From Mobula hypostoma (lineage: Eukaryota): a DNA stretch of 64,000 bases. Where the stretch lies: positions 110,300,001-110,364,000 of the forward strand of contig NC_086107.1 of the NCBI RefSeq assembly GCF_963921235.1, given 5' to 3'. This document shows, piece by piece, positions 1 through 12,434 of this stretch. Numbering within the stretch: position 1 is the stretch's first letter; each line of letters opens with the position of its first letter. Both the position numbers and the translations under genes were made by a program. Below the pieces are notes generated by a model. That model saw only the letters and a list, made by a program, of their open reading frames with translations, searched no databases and was not told the DNA's origin.

Positions 1-368
1 AAGCTCCACAAAAGCACATTTTGTTGAAAGCCATATATTATTAAATGCGCTTGTGCATTCTATTTGATAAACCACAAGCATCACATCTTCTTGAGGATGT
101 GTGGCAATGTCGCAAAACATGCACATCTCTTTTGAGACGTTTGCCACAGTATTGGTACAGGCCATCCATTATTTCAAAGCTTTACCAATATTTGTACCTA
201 TGTTGTATCATTAGAGGTGTTGGATTGTGAGGTAGACAAGATGGCCATTTTGTTCAAACAGGGTGTGCTCCATTTTGTTCCTGCAGGGATCCAGCGACTT
301 GCAACAAGTCATTTCCATCACACAGATAGTTCTTATCAACTAGATCTCCTTCAGCGGAAAAAAAATAC

Positions 369-406
369 CTAGGCTTCTGACTAACTGCCATGTGCATTCC
401 GTCATC
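369..406 (-). other. Candidate small exon of unidentified minus-strand host gene
   Basis: Minus strand reads tgtttccatttcctttccttcaaatcacacgatcag|GATGACGG...AAGCCTAG|gtattt, in TE-free sequence. Splice motifs only. Confidence 0.3.
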
Positions 407-1315
407 CTGATCGTGTGATTTGAAGGAAAGGAAATGGAAACACACAAGTGATCATCTAAGCACCCTCAAGCACAAGCACGGCCTGTCCACAAATACCTTC
501 TGGGCTGTTTACAGTAATTATGCCGCAAGCAATAGTAGCGTATGTTAATTTCACTAAAGACAAAATATCGTCAATAGTTGAAACTAAATCTGTACCTTCT
601 TGCGAGTTATAATAGGGCTTTGAGGGAAAGAGAATTAATTGGCTATCAGTTCAGACTGAATTCAACTTATCTGAACAAATCTTCAAACTCCTTTATTTCC
701 TCAGTTTTAGATTACAAAAGTGATTCATGAATAGCAAGTACGGATTCTTCATCCACAGGTTGTTCATTAAGTAAGTGTTCAAAGTAAAAAGTTAGTCCAA
801 ATACATTTAAATTAATACCATTTCAAAAGCAGCATCATTCAGGAAACCAAATAAAGTGAAATAAATGTTAAAATAAACACCTGTTTGCATCGTAATCATG
901 TAAACATGTAATCCTGCTGCTAATCTACAAGATTATCAACTGTTCACATTAAGCAATATCTTGTTTTTGCAGTTTACAACCCCACCTATTCAGTGTTAGT
1001 GAAAAATGCTACCAAAATTTGAAGTCAATCCAATCTGATTTAGCTATCCCATAATGCATCAGTTGTGGACACAGCTCAATTGGTTCAATGGAAAATAACT
1101 GCAGTACCAATCTTTTTTCACTAAACAATGAACTGTCAATTATTCATCTTGCCCAGTGTCACCAATTATATCTAAGCTTGGAAAATGTTATATCAAAAAA
1201 AAATTCTCATTGTGTTCCTAATGTTCCAATAAACTTGCAGAAGAATGTGCCATAAAATGAATTTTAAAACTATTTTGTGCATTAGAGAAAACAACTGTAA
1301 AAATGCTGGACATAC

Positions 1316-1368
1316 CCATGAGGCAGGCCCCTGCAGCCATTTTGCAACCCAGTCAGTTCTCAGCAACT
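1316..1368 (-). other. Candidate 53-nt exon containing aaaATGG (YY1 motif / possible start, MAAGACLM)
   Basis: Minus strand: ttttttttctctgcag|AGTTGCTGAG...CAAAATGGCTGCAGGGGCCTGCCTCATGG|gtatgt; strong acceptor and donor. Confidence 0.5.
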
Positions 1369-1418
1369 CTGCAGAGAAAAAAAAGACCTCACCTTCCTTG
1401 AAGTCAGAGCACTGGGAA

Positions 1419-1665
1419 GGTGGGGGGAGGGGAGGGGAGGGGAAGGGAGGAGGGGAACGAGCTGGGTGGGGGAAGGGTGAGTATCTTCAATCTGATAGGT
1501 CTGAATAATCAGATCCACAGCCACCAATAGGGAGCTGCTCAGAGCTGAGCAATCAACAGCCAGCACTGTAAATTTTGCCTGGCAACAGACCGGGGCAAAG
1601 GAGGTGATTATATGGTAATGATGGGAAGGTATGGGGGGGGTGGGGGGGGTGTGGGGGGTGGGGAA
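1419..1665 (+). repeat. Two G-rich tracts (G-quadruplex-capable), about 1419-1478 and 1625-1665
   Basis: Runs such as ggggggagggggaggggaggggaagggaggagggg and gggggggggtggggggggtgtggggggtgggg. Confidence 0.7.
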
Positions 1666-3879
1666 GAGACATAGTTTAAATGTGAAGACAATTAACATAA
1701 GACAATGGCTTCAGCATATAATACAAATTGACTACAAAGGTGCAGTTATGAAAATCATCCAAAAACCTTCCTGTCCTAATAAATCTACTTCTGTGTGCTT
1801 TAGTTTTCAAAAGCTACAGTGATCAATTAACTTTGTTAGAGAAAAAAATCTGCATTCCTTTGCATGGAGATGTTGTACTGCATGCAAAAACTCTCACACC
1901 ACATCAAGTCTTCCCACACAAAAAAAGCTTTTAGGTCTTTAAATATGATGCAAGACAGACCATATTTGCAGACTCTGCAGCTGATTATCACATCAGACCA
2001 GCACAGTACCTACACTGAATGAATACAGGATGCAATTCAAAATACGACTTCCTCAAATACGCAGGCTCTCCCATGGCCTCACTGCCACCCAGTACATAGA
2101 GATTAAACTTGTGGGTCCTTGGGGCATGGGAGAGGGAAAAAAGCATGACAATGGAAATCCTGATAATTTTACATCCACCTATCACTGAGGAGGTTCCACA
2201 AAACCTTAAGTTTTTTTTACAAAATTGGATCATCCTTTATTTGGATACCCCAGGCTGCTTAATAAACAAGCTGTCAAAATATGAAGAATATTCTGCCATA
2301 CACTGCTCATTCTTCCTATCTAACTTTTATGGTAAATTTTACTAAATTAAGTTGTCACCATTGTGTTTCCTGTTACAAATCTCTCTTTTATATATTTGCT
2401 GCACTGAGGAAAGGCGGGCAAGTTCTGACATCTTCATCCAATGTAATTGACCTAATGCGCAAATAAAAAAAAGAATCAGGGAGATCTGATTCTACCATTC
2501 CCATTTTCTGAAAGGCACTGAAATTACATGAAATAATGAGTGATATTTATGGACCTATTTATTTTACTGTCCAAGGCTGTCAAAGTCCTACTATTCTACA
2601 TGACTCCATTAGTTCTGTATAATCCTCTTTTATAACCATTCAGGTGGCACCAGACACAAGATTAATCAGTCTAAAACTGAGCCTATTCAAAAGGTGCACT
2701 GTGAGAAGCTGCAGAGTGCAATCAGGAATTGAAATTTAAAGTTGGTGGGTTGTCAAATACATGCTTCATCACAGACTGTCTGTATCAGTTGACATGGAGG
2801 GAATAAACCAAAATGGTCATAACAGAATCTACAAAATATCATGAGTAAAGGTTTCAAAATAGGATTTAACCTGATCACCAGCCTTCTTCACTAAATACTA
2901 CAAATCAGTAGTTGTAATCTCTTGAATGATTTACATCACATAACGAGATAAGGACTTCGAATGGTAACCTAATGTTGCTTTTGCATACCGATCAACCAAA
3001 ACACAATTCTCAGCCACCAACACAGAGATAAATTAAAAGCAGTACAACACTACTGGCTCCAAACAAGTGAAAGGAATATTTTTTCCAATAAAACATCGCC
3101 TTAAAAAAAAGCTGACAAGATAAAATAAAGAAAGTGTCAGATAACCATGCTATCTTTTAGATTTCCACTCCCATTCCCTCCAATAAGACAACATGAACAA
3201 TTTTATGCTTTCCAATACGAACAAATATATCCACTGGGTGCCAATCGGTGCACCATAATTACTTTCCCCAAAGTCGTTTACTCAAATTGCAAGTCATCAT
3301 GACTGGCAACACAGAAATGCAGATTCATCTTTGGTGGACCACACCTATGTTAAAAAAATGAAAATGATATGAATTTTTGTAAATTATATGAAAATTCAAT
3401 AGTTAAATTATGAAAAATGCTACAGGGTAACTATTCAAAGTGCTGAGCGGTTCTGAAACCAGTGAGTTTTCATATATATTAAATACCTTAGGGTTCTGAG
3501 ACTACAGCTGCAATTGTAGCAGAGATCACATCAGTGTTAGAGGTTAGGTAAAGAAATGGGGAAAGATGCATAGAAATATGGATGAACAGACTAAATTAGA
3601 GGAAAATAGCCTGCCGTTCTGCATTACGTTGATGTTACGTACCATGTAATTGTCAGTGCCAGAGAAAATGAATCTGCAGAGTAATTTGAGCCCATTTAGT
3701 CTTAAAAATAGCATTAGATAACTATCAAGTCACTAACAATTAATGCAGTTAATATTGCACTCCATTCATCAAACAACACAAAATCTTCGTCCAATGGGTA
3801 GAATATTTGATGATCCCAGAAGATTCAAGTGTAATGTTGAAAATGTACTTCGGATTAGACAGTTATCACTTCACAATTT

Positions 3880-4855
3880 CAAAATTGTTTAAAGTACACA
3901 AGTGTAAAGGAGAGTGAAATAGTTGTTACTCCTGATTTAAAGCAGCACAATAAAAAACTAAAATAAAAAGCACAATAATAATCATCAATAAATATAAATA
4001 CATAAGGTAGTTTATGTATTTATGTGATAGCTTAGTTTGAGGATAAAGGGGAAGCCTTTTAGAACCGAGATGAGGAAAAACTTCTTCACACAAAGAGTGG
4101 TGAATCTGTGGAATTCTCTGCCACAGGAACAGTTGAGGCCAGTTCATTGGCTATATTTAAGAGGCAGTTAGATATGGCCCTTGTGGCTAAAGGGATCGGG
4201 GGTATGGAGGGAAGGCTGGTACAGGGTTCGGAGTTGGATTATCAGCCATGATTGTACTGAATGGCGGTGCAGGCTCGAAGGGCCAAATGGCCTACTCCTG
4301 CACCTATTTTCTATGTTTCTATGTTATATACATACACTGATTATATGTACATGAAGTGACGCCAGGCACAGGAGTGTCTGTACATAAGCTGACAGAAAAT
4401 GATCAAAGTAGCAACGATGGGGTGGGTTAGTGGGTGGAGGTGCTGATCAGCCTTGCTGCTTCAGCAAGGTAACTGTTGTTGAGTCTGGTAGTCCTGAAAA
4501 GCTGTGTAGCCTCTTCACAAAGACAGACAAACGGTCCATGAGCAGGGTGTGTGGGATCCTTCCATGATATTACTGGCCCTTTTCTTTATATACATCCTTG
4601 ATGGCGGGTAGTCCGGTGCCAGTGACGCGTTGGACTGTTTTGTCTACATATGGTAGAGCCTTCCTGTCTGCCACTATGCAGTTCCTGTACCATGCAGTGA
4701 AGCAGCTTGTCAGGGGGGCGTGCGCATCTGTAGAATGACGCCAGCATAGATGTGAATGGTCCAGCTCCCTTCAGCCTCCTCAGAAAGTAGAGCCATTGGT
4801 GAGCCTTCCTGCTTGTGTAGAATGCGTTATGGATCCACGAGAGGTTGTGCACTCC
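3880..4855 (-). mobile_element. Rex1/Babar-like LINE 3' fragment (tail type B), interrupted by CR1
   Basis: ORF 4586..4852 HNLSW..RKAHQWLYFLRRL..FYRC resembles the Rex1 RT C-terminus; 3' UTR matches copies at 27673-28180 and 62555-62970. Confidence 0.8.
4035..4325 (+). mobile_element. CR1 LINE 3' end nested in Rex1 3' UTR
   Basis: ttcttcacacaaagagtggtgaatctgtggaattctctgcc (FFTQRVVNLWNSLP), then gggccaaatggcctactcctgc and a (tttctatg)n tail. Confidence 0.9.
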
Positions 4856-5299
4856 CAGAACCTGAACTTGAAACTAGTAAAATTGACAAAAATTTTCCGA
4901 TACCCCTGTATTACCAAAGTCTCCACAATGCAGGCTTTATTAAGTAGGTGTTAGTTGGTTCCAGTAGAAAAGCTTGCATTTAGCACAAGCATGTTTACTG
5001 TAAGGAATGCTGTAACTACTTTAAATTGAACATCACAATTCATTCACTCATTGCTTACAAATAATTGGCTGACAAGGTAGGAAAATCCCAACTCTTAAAA
5101 TAAGAACTAGCTGCAGTAACAGAATGCCCAGTAGGATGTTTAATGTCCATACACAAAATTAATCGGAAAAAATATTTGAGATCTGAAATTTGCCTCCTCA
5201 GTGAAGTCAGCAAGTAGGATTTTTTTTAATATTTAAAAGGCAGTCCATTATCTGTACTAGGTGCTTGCACTGATTTTATTCATTTACACTCAATGAAAA

Positions 5300-5525
5300 C
5301 ATGGCAGCATACACTGGATTAATTCTTCTGTCAATAACTATTGGGAACTAATACGCAGTTTTATAGCATGTCCTGTACTTTATTTAAATGCAAAATTTGT
5401 TACTCAGTTAAAAGGTAATTTGTCTTTTTAACTATTCTCCTGAAACTTCAGCTAACTGGGTCAGCTGCTTAGTTGGACCAAAAGTACTGGTCCCGATGTG
5501 TCCCAATTAACTGAAATCCACTGTA
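5300..5525. mobile_element. One end of a Tc1/mariner-Tigger-like MITE
   Basis: Ends ...gtcccaattaactgaaatccactg followed by TA; partner TIR not found. Confidence 0.45.
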
Positions 5526-5929
5526 TATGAGGAAACAGGCTTCAAAAGGCCTATAGCAATACCTGTCCACAAGGATGGTCTAGTAGCCAAATAAAAATGC
5601 ACGAGAAAAGAAGGAAGGCGGAGCATGAATGCAGGGAAGAAATAAGTGAAAGAAATTTCAGTAACCAAGATTAATAGAGTATAGTTTTGGGTTCATTTCT
5701 CTTAAAACATTTATGGTTGTGCAAGATAAAAATCATTTTCCTGCTGCACATCTTGCAATCAAATGGAGGACACCCAGTTCTTAAATTATGTGGCACTTCA
5801 TGAAAAGCAAATAGCTGATTGACAATGATTCATCTACATCAAGGACATCCTTCCGAAAATTGAGTTAAAATAGAATCTGAACATAATTGGCAGCTCAAAC
5901 CAAGGTATCCAAGAAACACAGCATTTAAT

Positions 5930-6080
5930 CAACATCAGCAGAAACGTATGCTGTCACAAACTGTAATCTCATGCCCTAGCATATCCCTCACACTTCCATT
6001 ACCGCGAAACCCGGAATCGACACTGGATCAACGAGAAGTGTAGAAAGGCATGTAGAAATAACATCAGAGCATATATATAA
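5930..6080 (+). mobile_element. Old CR1-type LINE ORF2 linker fragment
   Basis: Translates loosely as IPHTSITAKPG..WINEKCRKAC, resembling CR1 post-endonuclease PW motif region. Confidence 0.4.
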
Positions 6081-6217
6081 CAGAATAGTTACAGCATCGA
6101 ACATATCCATTTACTTCCACTGCGTCTACTGACTCTCCACCAAACCAATTCATTGTTTCCACCCCTCTTCTCCCTTCAACACTGCCATCCATTTTTCCAT
6201 AGCTTTGCAAATTCTTC

Positions 6218-6420
6218 CTCTGGGTGCTCTGGTTTTCTCCCACATTCCAAAGACATACAGGTTAGGGTCAATAAGTTATAGGCATACTAGGTTGGTGCCA
6301 GAAGCACGGCGACTCTTGTAGACTTCCCCAGCACATCCTCCGACTGTGTTGGCTATTGATGCAAAAGAAGCATTTCACAATATGTTTTGACATACTTGTG
6401 ACAAACAAAGCTAATCTTTA
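6218..6420 (+). mobile_element. V-SINE 3' half with Rex1-like tail
   Basis: V-domain ggttttctcccacattccaaagac, then a tail ending gtgacaaacaaagctaatcttt shared with 8360-8462 and 10830-10950. Confidence 0.75.
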
Positions 6421-6439
6421 TAACCTTTTACTGATTTTC

Positions 6440-7100
6440 CTGAAGGTCTCAATAGGACCTACCTCCACTATGTATGAGGGCAGCACATTCCAGGTGCCAA
6501 TCATGCTTTGCGTTAAGTTTTTCCTCATGTTACTCTTAATTCACTTCCTTTTTTTTCAAAAAAAACCCTGTGACCTCTAGTCCTCAACCACTCCACCAAT
6601 AAAAATAGCCTCCCACTATTCACTCCTTCCAGCCCCTTCTATTTTACATACCATCTCTTTTTTCCTCCAAAGAAAACAGCTTCAGCCTCTCTAATATTTC
6701 TCTGTAATTGTTTCCTCTGGATCCTTTCCTGAGCCTTCACATGATTCCTATGAAGTGACCCAACTGCATACAGTACAGCAAATAGACTAGTACTTTGTGA
6801 AAGTTTCAAGCATGGTTGCTTTTATGCTGAACAATGACGAAACCCAGAAAGGTGCACCCATTATTAACCACTTTCAATAGCGCATGCACACATTCCCTCT
6901 GGTCTCTGCCTCTGCATATTATTCTATTTTGGCTTTCTTCATTCTCCCCAGAAAAATGCATCAGCACACATCTCTTTGCATTAAACTTCAGGTACCACAT
7001 GCAGTCTACTCGTATCCTGCTGCAATAGCACCAAGTGTGTCATAGACAATTTAGAAATTGTGGCTTGTACACCAGATCTGGGTTGCGTGTGTGACTATTC
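6440..7100 (-). mobile_element. Decayed CR1 3' fragment
   Basis: Minus-strand remnants such as KFNAKRC.LMHF and cctccaaagaaaacagcttcagcctctc. Confidence 0.6.
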
Positions 7101-7199
7101 CCAGCAATGGATGCTAAGTTCCAACATCAAGAGAAAATGCACCTAGTTTCACCTTGCATTCTTCTTGCACAATTCCTCTCAATCAAGGACCACTTGCTT

Positions 7200-7500
7200 C
7201 TATTATGGCCATGGTGGCTCTGAGGTTGCTGACGACGCCAATGAAGGAAACTTTGCCAAGATGGGGCAGGAGACACTTAACTGGACAGCTTTGTGGTCAG
7301 TTTGCGAACTTGTATATTCCCTCCATCGTTCATGCAAGGCTTCTGTGTGCTCCCAGTGCATTGCCACTCGGCTCTCAATGGCATTCTGAATATATATGCC
7401 AGAGGTTGTCATGAGTGGCTGTATTGCTTTTCAAGGTGGCTTTGAATACGTCCCTGAAACTTTTCCTCCGTAAACCTGGTAATCTTTTGTGACAGAACTT
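7200..7500 (-). mobile_element. Decayed RTE LINE 3' fragment
   Basis: ctctgaggttgctgacgacgccaatg...atggggcagg is the reverse complement of the RTE C-terminal C..C...IG..S.L.R motif region. Confidence 0.5.
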
Positions 7501-7721
7501 ACATGGACCACTTCAGGAGTAACAGAAAATTTAAAAATTGCAAAGGCTATAAATCTGATATATATATATATATTAAAAAAAAGAAAATACTGGAAATAGT
7601 CAACAGGCCAGGTTGCTCCCCTTGGGAAGAGAAACAAACTTGGCTTCTATTTTTCTAGATGCTCCCTCCTCTGCAAAATGCTTCCCACATTTTCTGCTTT
7701 ATCTTGAGAGACTGTACTATC

Positions 7722-8462
7722 TGGTTGGTACAGTGGCACTTTACAACAGCAGCGATCGGAGTCCATTTCCTGCCATTGACTATAAGGAGTTTGTATGTTC
7801 TTCCCATGACTGCATGGCTTTCCTTCGGTTTCCTCCTGCATTCCAAAGACGTACGCCTTAGGGTTAACAAGTTGTGGACATGCTATGTTGGTGCCAGAAG
7901 GTTCATGACACTTGCCCAAAGTAAACTTATTATCAAAGTACATATATCTCATCATATATAAGACAATAATTCATTTTTTGTGGGCCTACTCAACAGATCA
8001 AATAACTATAATAGAATCAATGGAAGACTGCACTAACAAGTGGACATCTAGTGTGCAAAAAACAACAAAACTGTGCAAATACAAAAGGGAAAAAAAAATA
8101 GAAATATCAAGAACGAGATGAAGAATTCTTGAAAGTGAGTCCATGGTTGTGGAAACAGTTCAGTGATGGGACATGTGAAGTTGAATGAAATTATCCCTTC
8201 TGGTTCAGGAGCCTGATGGTTGAGGCGTAATAACTGTTCCTGAACTTGGTGGTTAAGCCCTGGGGCTCCTTGATGATGCTTCCCTGTTACAACACTCTGT
8301 GTAGATGCGCTCAATCATGGGGAGGTCTTTACTCATGATTGACTGGGCTGTATGCACTTGAAGGCCGCCCCCAACACATCCTCAGACTGTGTAGGTCATT
8401 GACGCAAGCAATGCATTTAACTATGTTTTGATGTACACGTGACAAATAAAGCTAATATAATC
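7722..8462 (+). mobile_element. V-SINE with Rex1-like tail, split by a Rex1 insertion
   Basis: tRNA-like head remnant and V-domain (ggtttcctcctgcattccaaagacgtac); tail resumes at 8355 after a duplicated cacttg. Confidence 0.8.
7915..8354 (-). mobile_element. Rex1/Babar 3' fragment (tail type A)
   Basis: caaagtaaacttattatcaaagtacatat tail and gttcaggagcctgatggttgagg; flanked by cacttg at 7909-7914 and 8355-8360. Confidence 0.85.
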
Positions 8463-8847
8463 ATTTTTAAAAGGTGGCTCACCACTGAGCATTAAGTACT
8501 AGACTTACAAATGACATCCACAACCCCTAAACAAAAATGTTATGTGTTTTAATTGCAGAGATTTTCAGTGCGGCAGGTTTGCAGGTAATGAGGATGGGGG
8601 GAAAAAAGCTGATTTTAAAGAACTTATTTGAATCCAGCAGTTTAAAAGAAGTTTCTTTTACAATATACAGTTATTTGATGCATCAATATATAAATGCAAA
8701 TTGTTACTATTCATGATAAATTTAAGGCTGAGAAAAAAAGCTCAATTATCAAAGCTTTTGCACCTGAAAGCAGTAAAATCAAGCTGACAAAAAAAAAATC
8801 ACATTGTTATACTACTTTAGCCTTGCTAAATTATGATCCACAATGAA

Positions 8848-9900
8848 TTCTTCAATAGTCCTTCAGGCTCGAGGATGCCTTACTTCCTCTCCAGTTGTGA
8901 GTTCTGAGGCTGCCAATTTACACCAATGTGAGAATCGTCGACCCTTCCAGATGGACTGAGTGAAGGTGTATTTTCCATTGCTTGCACAACTCTTTCTACA
9001 TTCCAGTTCATGATCTAGAAGTTTTCATTCACTTCGTAAAGCTACTTTCTCTAATTTAAATGTTCAGGACCAGAAGTTCCTAGAAATTCATATACTTCAA
9101 GGAAGCGTTAAGCATATCCTTGAACTCTTTTTTTCCCACTGGCCACTAGGTAATCTGCTCCCAATGAGAAAGCATGGGATTAAGAGAAAGATGCAGTTGA
9201 CTCAATGTGACAAAATTACAAAGGCCTTTTTTTGTTGGGACTCTGGCCTGAGGAGAAGAAGCTCAGAGCGTTTCACATCCGCAATTTGGAAATTTTGCAT
9301 TACCAGCACTGGTTCTATTTTTCAAGTACCTGTTGTAGGTAGTTCAGATTTCATAAACTTATAGGAAGGCAGATATCACAATTGCTCAGTGGACCAGAGT
9401 CTTGTGCTCATGGGTCCACAGTCTTCATCTTCAAATTCCTCTTTCCCTGACAAGCTGATACAATGAAGAGTGGAGAATTCTATCAGTGACACTAACACTT
9501 ACCTACAGTTGGCTACTGCAATATGCAAAGTGGTCTATTTCCCACCCCCCCCCCACCCATTGTTGAACCTTTACTGTAAGAGGGCAGTCTAGTATAGCAG
9601 CACTGCCTGGTAAGAAACCTTGGTCTTGGAGATGTTGAGTATATGGACATCCTCTCAAATGCTTCAATGAACAAGTTTGACCATGTCTTGGAACACAATT
9701 ACAGAGTTTGCAGAGACACATAATTCAGCTCAGCCATAAGTACATTGAGTGAATCCACCACAAGCTGAACAGTTTTTCCCATTGGTTCTAAAGATTCACT
9801 TCACTCCCTTTGGGAAGTTGTTGGTGGCAAAGTTCTGTGGAGGTTGTAGGTGTGGCCAAGGGTGCTGGCCTATTCCACTCAAGCATCTCAGTAATATCCA
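8848..9900 (-). mobile_element. Decayed RTE LINE (RT C-terminus to 3' end)
   Basis: Minus-strand remnants FIEAFERM, LNISKTKV, IDHFAYCSSQL (cf. VDHFPYLGS.L); RTE-type tail near 8850-8890. Confidence 0.65.
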
Positions 9901-10344
9901 TATATAAAACATTGGTTCAGAGCAGACAATGGACCTCAGCTAGGTGTATGTAAGGCCAGACCTTCATTGGTTCATCTGAGTTTTGGTTTAATGAAAAGCC
10001 CAACAAGTGAAAGTCAGAAGCCAGGTGCCAGGATACAAGCCAAATGTGTAATTGGGCTTGCGAACTGGTAACCAGATGAGAAGCCAAGGAAGTGATGCTG
10101 GACAAGTGTGCGAGAATTAATTATTCACAGAAACAAGAAAAAAAAGATGTACTGTAGTGCAACTGAGTAGACACAAGTCCTTAAACTTCATGTTTCTCAA
10201 TTCTTGAAGAGAATAAAAAACCATTCTTTCTCATTAACTATAGGAAAATAGAAACTGAACATAATTGAAGACACTCAGACACATTACTGAATTTCAAGTG
10301 CTTTATTAGATTAGTAATTTTCTAGCTATCCTCTTTCCCTTTTC

Positions 10345-10435
10345 CTTTCCAGCTCCGAAGCATCCTGGCCTGAAACGTCGACTTTATTCATTTCCATAGA
10401 TGCAGAATTCCTCCAGCATTTTATGTGTGTTGCTT
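10345..10435 (+). mobile_element. Degenerate Penelope-type terminal repeat fragment
   Basis: ggcctgaaacgtcgact...ccatagatgc...ccagcattttatgtgtgttgc, homologous to 12451-12550; CTGANGA core lost. Confidence 0.7.
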
Positions 10436-10669
10436 ATCAATACTTTGGCTGCTTGGTTTGATACCATCTTCTTCCAAATGAACTTAGTAGTTTATTTATT
10501 TACTTGAAGATTCTGGGCATCACCAAAATCATTACTGCCTACTGCTAACTGCAACAGAGCCAGTGCTGAACTGCCTTCCTCAATCGCCACAACTCTTTCG
10601 TGACAACACATCTCACATGCAGTTAAAGAAGATGATCCAGAATGGAGGAAGCTGGGTAATAAATTTCCC

Positions 10670-10950
10670 TGTCAGCATGGTGGTCCACTGGGGAAGCTGG
10701 AGGCCCATTGTCTGTGAGCTTGCTGGAGAACCAGAGGCCTGTTCCGGGGTTGAGGGCTGTCTATATGGGAGGGAGGAAAGAGGCTTGTTCTGTTGTTGCT
10801 TTGTTGCTTCAGCTGTTCTGTTGAGCACTGCGGACATTCTACGTTGACGCTTGAATATTTGGCAACACTTGCAGGCTGCCTCCTTAGGATGTGCTTGTAT
10901 TTCACTGTAGGCTTTGATGTAGATGTGATAAATAAATGAAGCTGAATCAT
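10670..10950 (+). mobile_element. Non-autonomous retroposon fragment sharing the V-SINE/Rex1-like tail
   Basis: Tail ggcaacacttgcaggctgcc...gatgtagatgtgataaataaatgaagctgaatc matches the SINE tails; upstream part is unrelated to the V-domain. Confidence 0.55.
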
Positions 10951-12434
10951 TGATGTGAGTGAGTTCCCTGTACCTATTGTTCGTGCTTTTCTTGGTAGCA
11001 GTGGTGACTGCTTTTGGGAAGCATAGTTAAAATTATCTAGGCAGCACCGTGCTGCCTGAATTCTTCACAACTACATAAGCCGTCACTCTTCTCAGAGAAG
11101 CATACCACAAAGTCTTGGTAGAGTAATAAAGTTCAGTATCCACCACCAAGAATAAATCCTTCAACTCAAACTAATTCATCAAAATATCAATTGGTCTTCA
11201 GTACAAAAGGTTTAGGTTTTTAAGGGATTCGCCCCCCCCCCCCCGCCGCCATTTTAACAGTGTACAAACCAGTATCATATGAACTGAAAGCCTGCTCTAC
11301 AATTGCAAACCAGAAACTAAATATTCATGGGGAGTATGGGAGGGTAATCAAACAAATTTGGAGAGATTCATCCAAGGATTTCACATAATCTGTGTTTTTG
11401 AAAATCACTGCTTCTTATTTGCAATACAGTACAACTACATTCAATATCTTTTGAGCATGTGCCATTTATTGAGCGCCATTTAAAAACTGTACAGAGGAAT
11501 TGACCTTGGACCTGAAGGACAAAGCTTATGGGAAAAATAACTTGGCTGTAAAGTAAATGGAAGCATATCATGTGCAATGGAAATCAACCTTGTGCAGTAA
11601 AAGGATTTGCAGCTAGGTGCATAACCATGTGCTTCTTTCTTATAGTTCTCCTTTGTGTACCCAAATCCTTGCATTACTTCTACACTGCAGCAAGATCCAG
11701 CCTGCAAATGAAATTCAAAATAAATCCAACACATAAATCCATACAGTTGTGCTCTGCAGCTTCACTAATTCGATGAAGCCAATTCATGAAGTTTCTCCCA
11801 AGTACAAAATTACCCATTAAGAATACAAAACTTTGCATTGTTTGCACTGTATACACTAGGGACATCGATCTCTTCAAATCAGTGCTGCTTATTCATGTTT
11901 ATGGTGTAAAAAAAAATAGATATTTCACACTATTATTTGCTGCACACCAAGAACAATTCTATTGAGTTTCAATTTTGATTAGGTTAGTATTTCAACCAAA
12001 TTAAATCTACAATAAATACATGCAATTAATTATAACTCAAACTTTCCTTTCAAAAATGGTCATATTGCTTAAAATTCAGCAGAATAAAGAATGCATCCAC
12101 CGAGCTGTAATTTTCATGCATTTCAAATGAATCTTCACAACCTCATTTCAGAACTGTACACATTGGTAGTGTTGTTGATCTGCTTACTGGTGCATTTTGT
12201 ATCATATTAGAATATTTAGCACAGACTTTTTAAATTAAGTAGATTGGAAAACTTTTTTAAAAATCCATCAACCAAGATTAAATGTGTTTTGTTTTTAAAC
12301 TGTAACCAGTAAAACAAGTCCAAGATAGATCGTCTGAGATGATGCTGCTGCTTATTCTTTCCACTGCTGATCCCTCAATTGGGAGGGTGATGTGTGTTCT
12401 CCCAGCTGCCCCTTACTGATATCCACAATTAATT

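Noticed and set aside
254..445. 63-aa minus ORF as a coding exon
   Set aside because: No recognisable homology; its N-terminal part is a polypyrimidine tract. Only a small exon candidate is retained.
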